DNA of 49,061 nt, from positions 1-49,061 of IMG/VR virus record IMGVR_UViG_3300042983_000001. One strand, given 5' to 3'. The number at the start of each line of letters is the position of its first letter. The first letter of the stretch is position 1. The position numbers were made by a program, and so were the translations under genes. The notes beneath the pieces are model-generated. The model saw nothing but the letters and a program-made list of their open reading frames with translations, was not told the origin of the DNA and searched no databases. Origin of the DNA: a virus. Its lineage: Duplodnaviria; Caudoviricetes. Below are positions 36,964 to 44,484 of this stretch, piece after piece.

Positions 36964-37686
36964 ATGACCGAAAAGAAAGCAGTGTACGCCGCAATTGCAG
37001 CGGTAACGGAGAAACTTTCCAAGGAAGGGATTTCAAAGGACCGGAAGAACGAGCAACAGGGCTACAAGTTCCGCGGGATCGATGATGTATATAACGCCCT
37101 GGCTCCGTTCCTGGCTGATGCCAAGCTTTGCATTCTGCCGAACGTACAAAGTCGTGATGTAGTGGAGCGCACGAGTGCAAAGGGAAACGTGCTGTTCTAT
37201 GTGACCGTGAAGGTGGACTTCGCGTTCGTATCAGCCGATGACGGTTCCGAGCACCACGTCATAACCTACGGCGAGGCAATGGACTCCGGAGACAAGGCGA
37301 CGAATAAAGCCATGTCAGCAGCGTACAAATATGCCTGCATGCAAGCGTTCTGCATTCCGACCGAAGGTGACAACGACGCCGATTCGAAGACGCATGAGGT
37401 CGTGGCCGCTTCCAAGGTTACGCCGAACGCTGGCGCAGGTGACGACTTGACGAACAAGGAAAAGCAACGGTGCGCAGATATCGCTGTTGCCGTCAAAGAC
37501 TACCTAAGCGAAGGCAAGGACTGGGACGCCTATCAAGAAATCGAAGTGGCGAACCTGGGAATGGGCGAGAAGCTCTACATCTGGTCGCTGTTCGATTCCA
37601 AGGAGCGGGCGGCGCTCAAGCGCATGCAAAAAGCCGAGCGCGATAAGGAAACCAGGAAAGACCAAGCAGCTGAGGTGGTGGCGTGA
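36964..37686 (+). CDS. erf: ERF-family ssDNA annealing protein
   Basis: 'KNEQQGYKFRGIDDV', 'GEAMDSGDKATNKAMSAAYKY', 'DNDAD'. Confidence 0.9.
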   Translation: MTEKKAVYAAIAAVTEKLSKEGISKDRKNEQQGYKFRGIDDVYNALAPFLADAKLCILPNVQSRDVVERTSAKGNVLFYVTVKVDFAFVSADDGSEHHVITYGEAMDSGDKATNKAMSAAYKYACMQAFCIPTEGDNDADSKTHEVVAASKVTPNAGAGDDLTNKEKQRCADIAVAVKDYLSEGKDWDAYQEIEVANLGMGEKLYIWSLFDSKERAALKRMQKAERDKETRKDQAAEVVA

Positions 37687-38036
37687 ACAAGAACGAGCCG
37701 CGCACTCTCGACCAGTCGGCCAGGTTTCACGCCATGCTGCGCGACATAAGCAAGCAGGTTAAATGGGCCGGCTTGTGGTGGGACGAAACGGACTGGAAAG
37801 TTCTCGTCCTCGGCGCCAAGTACGGGCAGACGGTCGGACCGAATCCGTTCGGACATGGCCTGCTGATCATGAACAACTGGCGGTCGAGCAAGCTGGCGAA
37901 GTCCTCAAAAGACCCGACCGTTCCGAACATGAATGATTTGATTTCCGAGCTGCAGGCATTCGGTGACGAGAACGGCGTCAAGTGGACAGACCCGACCGCG
38001 CCGCCGATTGAAGCTTACGTGCGAGAGTTCGCATGA
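37683..38036 (+). CDS. ninB: NinB/Orf-family recombination protein
   Basis: 'RTLDQSARFHAMLRDISKQV.W.G....E.DWK', 'AFGDENGVKW'. Confidence 0.85.
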   Translation: MNKNEPRTLDQSARFHAMLRDISKQVKWAGLWWDETDWKVLVLGAKYGQTVGPNPFGHGLLIMNNWRSSKLAKSSKDPTVPNMNDLISELQAFGDENGVKWTDPTAPPIEAYVREFA

Positions 38037-38335
38037 GCAAGACCGCTGCCGAGTCCCGCCACATGGAAAAGGTTGCCGCCCTTGGCTGCTGCATTTGCCG
38101 ACGCGTCTTCGGGCGGTTCGTTCAGGCGGAGTTACACCATGTCGCCGAGGGTAGCGGCCTGCGGAGCAATTTCGCCGTCGCGCCTTTGTGCGGAGAGCAC
38201 CACACCGGAGGAAGCGGATTTCACCATATGGGCACGAAAGCCTTTTGCAGCCTGTACCGCGTCCCCGGCGAATCTGAATATGGGCTGCTGGTCCTCGTGA
38301 ACGAGGATCTAGCCAGAACGCGAGAACTCGCATGA
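38033..38335 (+). CDS. Ref/DUF968-like HNH nuclease
   Basis: 'GCCIC...ELHH...PLCGEHH..G.GFH'. Confidence 0.75.
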   Translation: MSKTAAESRHMEKVAALGCCICRRVFGRFVQAELHHVAEGSGLRSNFAVAPLCGEHHTGGSGFHHMGTKAFCSLYRVPGESEYGLLVLVNEDLARTRELA

Positions 38336-38457
38336 TCAACCGTGCCCCAGCTGCGCTCCTCGTTGAGCATCCCGCTCTGCGCCCATCGGATGCGACGGCT
38401 TGGGGCACGACCAATTAGCCGTTACGCCAACGGCGCCGCTAATCAACGGAGGAAAAC

Positions 38458-38874
38458 ATGGCACTGAGCAAACTAGCGGTGAGACGGCTGACGAAGCTGG
38501 CGGACTTTTTGGCGGCCCTGCCCAAGGATGCCAAGAAGAAATTCTGGATGGGGCGTTGGTTCGACCACAACGAAGAGCATGAACACAAGTTCGGCGAATT
38601 CATCAAGCCCGGCGATTTGAAGCATTGCGGAACCACGGCTTGCGCCTTGGGCTGGGCAGCAACCATCCCAAGCTTATACCGAGCTGGGCTGAGGATCAAA
38701 CACTACCCGGCAGGGTTTCGTGGCACAGACGCCCCAGTCAAAACGGCAGCCGAGTTTTTCAACATCGATATGGGGGAGGCCATGTATCTGTTCTTTGACG
38801 TTGCAGAAAACGAAAACATGACGCCGAAACAATGGGCGGCTGTCTGCCGCAACTTCGTCAGCGAGAATCGTTAG
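38458..38874 (+). CDS. Phage hypothetical protein
   Basis: 'CGTTACALGWA' motif; RBS GGAGG. Confidence 0.7.
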   Translation: MALSKLAVRRLTKLADFLAALPKDAKKKFWMGRWFDHNEEHEHKFGEFIKPGDLKHCGTTACALGWAATIPSLYRAGLRIKHYPAGFRGTDAPVKTAAEFFNIDMGEAMYLFFDVAENENMTPKQWAAVCRNFVSENR

Positions 38875-39276
38875 CGCGTATGGCAAGGACTGGCTAATGA
38901 CAAACATCTCGCTTCGCGCGCAATTGGTGTACCACAGTTTAGTGAACTTAAAACTTCGCCTGCAACTCGCTTTCAGAGAGTGGCGTGAGCGAGTTCCATA
39001 CGGCACAAGAGCGCCGCGATAGGTTGAAACCGAGCTAATCAAAGGAGACAGCTGTGGGGCGAGCGAGTAACTACAGGAAGCGTGTAGCAGACAAACAGGG
39101 AAAGCCGCAACCGGCCGCGTCCGAGGATTCTCCGGACACTAAGCCGGATTGGTCCGGCAAGTGCGAGAACTGCGGCGAGAGCCCGATTGTTCCGGCAACC
39201 GGCATGTGCGGCCCATGCACGTTCGGCGAGGCCGATACCGCTGGGGGCAACTGGTGATTTCCTTCGGAACTGGGCA

Positions 39277-39984
39277 ATGCTGAATGTCCTCGACCTCTTC
39301 TCGGGAATCGGCGGCTTTAGCCTCGGGCTCGAACGGGCCGGGATGCGAACCGTCGCCTTCTGCGAGATCGATGAATTCTGCCGGAGCGTGCTCGGGAAGC
39401 ATTGGCCTAGCGTGCCCATCCACAATGACGCCAAGTGGCTCCGCGACGTCAGGGCCGACATCGTCGTCGGAGGGCCGCCCTGCCAGCGCACCAGCGTTGC
39501 CGCCGCAATCCACGGACACCGAACCGGGGAAACGCTCTGGCCCGTCATGTTCCGCATCATCGGCGACTCCGGATGCGATCGGGCCATCGTCGAGCAACCG
39601 CCCGGCAACGCGACGTGGGAGACCCAGGTCGAGACAGATTTGGAGGGCGCTGGCTTCGGACTATCCAGACACGTCGTTGCGGCTGGAAGCCTTGGCGCAC
39701 GCCATAGACGCAGGCGAGTGTTCTATGTTGCCGACCGTGACCGCGCGAGACTTTCGCTCACCAGGCGATCCCTCGCATCCGCGCTTGAACGCCTCCAGGG
39801 GCGAGGCCCTGCCGGAGACCATTGGAGCGCGGATCGCGCCCGAGCTGTGCGAGTGGTTGATGGGGTACCCGGAAGGCTGGACCGCGCTGCCCGAATCCAT
39901 GCCCTCGGAAACGCCGTCGTCCCGCAGATCCCGGAAATCATCGGGCGGGCGATCCTCGAAGCCGAAGGACTAGAGCCGCGATGA
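39277..39984 (+). CDS. C5-cytosine DNA methyltransferase, alpha chain (motifs I-VIII, X)
   Basis: 'LDLFSGIGG', 'GGPPCQ', 'HRRRRVF', 'ALGNAVVPQ'. Confidence 0.88.
   Translation: MLNVLDLFSGIGGFSLGLERAGMRTVAFCEIDEFCRSVLGKHWPSVPIHNDAKWLRDVRADIVVGGPPCQRTSVAAAIHGHRTGETLWPVMFRIIGDSGCDRAIVEQPPGNATWETQVETDLEGAGFGLSRHVVAAGSLGARHRRRRVFYVADRDRARLSLTRRSLASALERLQGRGPAGDHWSADRARAVRVVDGVPGRLDRAARIHALGNAVVPQIPEIIGRAILEAEGLEPR
39284..39973 (+). CDS. Nested alternative-frame ORF carrying C5-methyltransferase TRD/motif IX (beta chain; start uncertain, possibly ATG 39725)
   Basis: 'LPTVTARD...RIAPELCEWLMGYPEGWT'. Confidence 0.65.
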   Translation: MSSTSSRESAALASGSNGPGCEPSPSARSMNSAGACSGSIGLACPSTMTPSGSATSGPTSSSEGRPASAPALPPQSTDTEPGKRSGPSCSASSATPDAIGPSSSNRPATRRGRPRSRQIWRALASDYPDTSLRLEALAHAIDAGECSMLPTVTARDFRSPGDPSHPRLNASRGEALPETIGARIAPELCEWLMGYPEGWTALPESMPSETPSSRRSRKSSGGRSSKPKD

Positions 39985-40436
39985 CTGAATCGTACGCTTC
40001 TGAACGCTGGCAGACGCCACCCGAGATATTCGACCCGCTCATGCGCGAGTTCAATTTCGACCTGGACGCTGCGGCCGATGCCACGACGGCGCGCACAGTG
40101 CGGTTCCTGACCGACGCTCTGGCGTTGGCTGACTGGCCTGGGGAGCGTATCTGGCTCAACCCGCCGTACGGTCGCAAGCTTGAGCCATTCGTTCGCCGAG
40201 CCGCTCAGGAAGCCGGCAAGGGGAAGCTGGTAGTGGCGCTGATCCCGTTCCGGTGCCGCGCCGCATGGTGGCACGACGCCGTGATCGGACAGGCTGCCGA
40301 GGTTCGCTGCGTCCGCAAGCGCATCAAGTTCGTGCGCCCAGATGGCACGCGCGGCAAGTTCACCGGCTCGTGCGATTCATGCATCGTGGTGTGGAGCGGT
40401 CAGCAGCCGCGCCGAACGACATTGAGGGCAGCATGA
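39981..40436 (+). CDS. Phage Dam-like N6-adenine methyltransferase
   Basis: 'WQTPPEIF', 'FDLDAAA', 'IWLNPPYG', 'RIKF'. Confidence 0.88.
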   Translation: MTESYASERWQTPPEIFDPLMREFNFDLDAAADATTARTVRFLTDALALADWPGERIWLNPPYGRKLEPFVRRAAQEAGKGKLVVALIPFRCRAAWWHDAVIGQAAEVRCVRKRIKFVRPDGTRGKFTGSCDSCIVVWSGQQPRRTTLRAA

Positions 40437-40842
40437 CCAAAGCCAGTTGCACGGAAACTCACAAGAAGCTCGACCTCGATTACGCGGGGATGTGGGATGC
40501 CGCCGAAGAGAGGGCCAAGCGAGAGGCCGGCCTTATGTACCCGCCGCACATGGATCAGCACCGCAAGCGGTGTGCGCGCGACTTGGCGCTGAAGTATTTC
40601 CGGCAGATGTATTACCCGCAACGATGAGCAAATACAGCTATACCTACCCTATTTCATCGAGCGAATCATGAAAGCGCTGCGCGACTTACCCAACCTCGAA
40701 GGCTATCGGTTCGTCGGGATTGATCTTGACGGGAAAGAACACGCCTGCATCGTCGTCAAGGACGCTGTTGGCTGCCATACCGTCAAGCGCATTGCCGACA
40801 TGGAGCCGTTCTTTTTCAAGCTCTACGGATGGAGGCGGGCCA

Positions 40843-41196
40843 ATGAAACCTAGCACTCCTACCCCAGACGCACCCCCGTCGCGCGTTCAGCTTTCGCGCA
40901 AAAAGGGATGGCGCATGCCGCCGAATACGGAGAAGGTTACGCGCCCCGGTCTATGGGGCAACCCGTTCTCAGTGGCCCCGAAGCAGCGGGCTGGCAGCAA
41001 AGCCGGCGGTTTCTACATTGCCGTGCCGACAGTGGAGGACGCGATCGCCTGTTACCGCATCTGGCTCAACGAAGGCGCAGGGAAAGAGATCGCCGCCCTG
41101 GCTCGCCGCGACCTGCGCGGGAAGAATCTCGCCTGCTGGTGCGATGCCGACGCGCCGTGTCACGCAGACGTTTTACTGGAGATTGCCAATGGCTGA
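40843..41196 (+). CDS. DUF4326-like protein
   Basis: 'RPGLWGNPF...LRGKNLACWC....PCHADVL'. Confidence 0.8.
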   Translation: MKPSTPTPDAPPSRVQLSRKKGWRMPPNTEKVTRPGLWGNPFSVAPKQRAGSKAGGFYIAVPTVEDAIACYRIWLNEGAGKEIAALARRDLRGKNLACWCDADAPCHADVLLEIANG

Positions 41197-42643
41197 TAGC
41201 ACCCCTGCCACACACGCACTATTGAGAGAGCGGCTGCTCAAGGCGTACAGCGGTCGCTTGGACAACAGTGTCGCGGTCCTCGATGCGCCGGACCTATACG
41301 AAGTGATCGGCATTCTTCAGGATTTGGAAGCGTCATCGTCGGAGAAACAGGAGCGCGATCTAGGATTCTGCGAGGACTGCGGAATGTACGTGGTCTCGCC
41401 TCAACCGAATGCAGCGCCGCAGGCCCAAAGCAGCAATGGAGACCCCACCAGTGCAATAAGCGGGGGTTCGACTCCCTCAACGCCTGCGGCTGCTGCACCG
41501 AGCAACGGCGACTATTCGGCGAGCGATAAGAACGCACTAACGCCAACCGGCAACCCGCTCACCGAGGAGCGGATAGAGGAGTGGCGAAAATTTCTCCTGA
41601 ATGATGTCGGCCTCGCGTTCGGCCATTCCTCGCCTGTCGGTGCGAACGTCCTTTGCGACATGGCGAAGGCCGCGCTTCGCTTTGAGCGCGAGAACACGCG
41701 GTTGAATCTCGAACTCGCCAACGCGCTCGATCTAGCGTCCGAGTCTGCCGCTAGTTCGCGCCACCGAACCTGCTGCGTCTGCGGTGTCTCGGACATCCCG
41801 TTCGGCGTGGATTGGCCTACATGGAAAGACGGGAAACCGTGTCACGCACTCTGCTATTACGCCGACGCGTTGTCTCCCCGCGAAGCGTCATCATCTGCCG
41901 AACTCGCTCCAGATGAGCCGGCGAACAGAGCATGGTCAGCGATGTCTATGCAGGAACGTTCGGCGTACAACCAGGGCTTTGCCCAGAAGGAGCGTATTGT
42001 CGAAGCGATGGCGCGCGAGCTGACCGAGATGACGACGGAGCGGGACACGCTCGCGGACCAACTTGCGAATCGCGAATACGACGCCGAATTAGCGCCACCC
42101 TTCGAGCCCGAGGACGAGGCGCCGGAAGGGCCGGCCGATCCGCTCCCGACAGAGGGGTTCTACGAAAAGTTGTGGAAGGATTTCGTGTCGCTCCAGCGCG
42201 GCGACACGGTCGGCATCTGCGCGAAGGTCGAGCGCTACTACCGCGAACAGGCGTCAGCCTCCCACGAACGCAGCAATGATCCGCGGTTGCTTGTTGATCT
42301 GAGCGTCGCCCTGGACGACTGGCTGCATCAGTATGCACCCGAGCATTGTCACGAGGACCAAGTCCGGGAACGCGCGAAGCGGATATTCGACATGGGCGGC
42401 ACGCTCTACTACCTCGCTGGCCTTCAGAAGCGCATCCGAGCCGCGATAGCGTCGTCGTCCGCAAAACCGGCCATTGACGACTGCCACGATTGCGGGCGAG
42501 GGAAAGCGCACAGCGCGAACGATTGCGCTGCCGGGCTTTGCCCGAAGTGGTACGCGATCCGCGATCCGGATGCAGACGATGATTGCAAGCGCGTGGCAAA
42601 GGCGAATAGTCGCCGTCACGACGGAACGGGAGCTAAGTCATGA
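41189..42643 (+). CDS. Mosaic multi-module (Ead/Ea22-like) accessory protein
   Basis: Unrelated short modules, several with CxxC, joined by repeated 'ASSS' linkers. Confidence 0.6.
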   Translation: MADSTPATHALLRERLLKAYSGRLDNSVAVLDAPDLYEVIGILQDLEASSSEKQERDLGFCEDCGMYVVSPQPNAAPQAQSSNGDPTSAISGGSTPSTPAAAAPSNGDYSASDKNALTPTGNPLTEERIEEWRKFLLNDVGLAFGHSSPVGANVLCDMAKAALRFERENTRLNLELANALDLASESAASSRHRTCCVCGVSDIPFGVDWPTWKDGKPCHALCYYADALSPREASSSAELAPDEPANRAWSAMSMQERSAYNQGFAQKERIVEAMARELTEMTTERDTLADQLANREYDAELAPPFEPEDEAPEGPADPLPTEGFYEKLWKDFVSLQRGDTVGICAKVERYYREQASASHERSNDPRLLVDLSVALDDWLHQYAPEHCHEDQVRERAKRIFDMGGTLYYLAGLQKRIRAAIASSSAKPAIDDCHDCGRGKAHSANDCAAGLCPKWYAIRDPDADDDCKRVAKANSRRHDGTGAKS

Positions 42644-43303
42644 GTAGAACCGCGCCGCTTGTAAGGATAATCGAGAGCAATAAGAAAGACACCGATGAGG
42701 CCATTACAGTCCTGCGATTGCAGAGCAAGGCGTGGCGGATTGTGGCGATGATCGCAGGGCACGATCAAAAGAGAGGCGTTGCGTTATCACGTTGGCTGTT
42801 CTTCAAAACCACCCCGTTTGTTGATGGCGATGCTGTCAGTAAATTTATTGAAGAACATACCATCGAGGCAGAGCAAGCAGGGACTGCTAGCGGAGTATTC
42901 ACTAGTCGCGGTACAGCAGGAACGGCGAAGTGAAAGCCAAAACAGCGGTCGTCGATGGACGGACATGGAAGACGTACGCATGCAGCTACGACTCGCCCGA
43001 TGGGAGGTTCGCCTTCACCATCATGGCGATCTCCATGGAGCACGCGGCGGCGATGCTGGCGGACCTGAAGGACAACGCCAAGCTGGACGGCGAACTGTCG
43101 GACGAGATTCCGGCATGACGAACCGAAAGCGCGCCGGCGAAATCATGGCAGTGGCATGTCCCAGCTGTCGCGCCCAGATCGGGGAGCGGTGCGTGGCGGT
43201 CAATTACGGTCGATACACCAGGCCCGGGATCACGGGTGTCCCGTTTCACCAGAGGCGGCGCGAAATGGCGAATAGTCGCCGACCAGATAGAACCGGCCCA
43301 TGA
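42640..43303 (+). CDS. Three small coupled genes (42640-42933, 42930-43118, 43115-43303 Zn-finger)
   Basis: (A/G)TGA overlaps; last has 'CPSC...ERC...H..R'. Confidence 0.6.
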
Positions 43304-43977
43304 TCCACTACCACGGCACCCCGATTACCCCGCGCGAGCAGCTGCTCCGCATGGAGGGGCGCCACTTCTGCGTCAGCTATGCACAGGACCAGGATCTCAA
43401 GACTTGCCTGCGGATCGCGCAATCTGTGATTTTCGACAACGGCGCCTTCTCGACATGGAAGCGCGGGCGTCCCTTCGACGAAGAGGGTTACATAGCATGG
43501 CTCGTGCCGATCCTGCACCAGCCTCATTGGGCCGTGGTTCCCGATGTCATAGACGGCGACGAGGCGGCAAACGACGCGATGCTCCTGCGGTGGCCCTATG
43601 GCCGTGAACTCGGGGCGCCCGTGTGGCACATGCACGAGTCGATTCCTCGCCTGCTCCATCTCGCCGACCGCTGGCCGAAGGTGTGCATCGGCTCTAGCGC
43701 AGAGTACGCAACCATCGGCACACCGACATGGTGCGGGCGCATGGACGAAGCGTTCAACGCGCTCACGGCTCGGCACGCGCGCCTGCCGTGGATACACGGT
43801 CTGCGGATGCTCGGGCAGGCTGGTAACGAGTGGCCACTTGCGAGCGCCGATTCGACGAACGTCGCGCAGAATTGGAAGCGAGATACCGGCTGCGCGGAGT
43901 GCAAGGCCGGGGCCCTGGACGGTATCCAACCGCCGTCCCTTTGGAACCCAAGACCGCTACAGGAGCGCCTCGCATGA
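43300..43977 (+). CDS. DpdA/TGT-like putative guanine transglycosylase
   Basis: 'FDNGAFS', 'PDVI', 'PVWH', 'IHGLR', 'SADSTN' resemble TGT-fold motifs; coupled to queD. Confidence 0.6.
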   Translation: MIHYHGTPITPREQLLRMEGRHFCVSYAQDQDLKTCLRIAQSVIFDNGAFSTWKRGRPFDEEGYIAWLVPILHQPHWAVVPDVIDGDEAANDAMLLRWPYGRELGAPVWHMHESIPRLLHLADRWPKVCIGSSAEYATIGTPTWCGRMDEAFNALTARHARLPWIHGLRMLGQAGNEWPLASADSTNVAQNWKRDTGCAECKAGALDGIQPPSLWNPRPLQERLA

Positions 43978-44375
43978 TGGAAATCACGAAGTCCTACCGC
44001 TTCGAGGCGGCGCACTCCCTGCCGTTGCTCCCCGAGTCGCACAAGTGCCATCACGTCCACGGACACAGTTACGAGATCGTGGTCGGCGTGAAGGGGCCGC
44101 TAGAGCCGATGCTCGGCTGGGTCCAGGACTACGCCGTCATCAGCGCGTACGTGAAGCCACTAATCGACATGCTGGACCATAAGAACCTGAACGACGTGAT
44201 GGGTGTCCAGCAGACCACCGCCGAGAATCTCGCGCTCTGGTTCGCCGAGCGGCTCAAACTCGGGCTGCCGTGGCTGTCACGCGTCGAGGTGCGGGAGACG
44301 CCGACCAGCAACGTGATACTGCTGATCGAGACTAGCGCCAGTCCTTCCACAAACAACGCCCGGGAGGGTAAATGA
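43974..44375 (+). CDS. queD: 6-carboxy-5,6,7,8-tetrahydropterin synthase
   Basis: 'FEAAHSL...KCHHVHGHSY', 'LDHKNLND', 'TAENLA', 'VRETPTS'. Confidence 0.92.
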   Translation: MMEITKSYRFEAAHSLPLLPESHKCHHVHGHSYEIVVGVKGPLEPMLGWVQDYAVISAYVKPLIDMLDHKNLNDVMGVQQTTAENLALWFAERLKLGLPWLSRVEVRETPTSNVILLIETSASPSTNNAREGK

Positions 44376-44484
44376 GAATGCCGCAATTTTGGGAAGTGGA
44401 CCAGTACGCCGACCTGGCGTGCAAATGCATGGCCGCGTTCGCCCTGTTCTCGCTCGGCATTTTCCTGCTGTATCAGGTGGTGAA

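Noticed and set aside
41416-41490. Functional tRNA gene
   Set aside because: Only the T-arm and a closing stem are present; no proper anticodon arm or CCA; lies in a coding frame.
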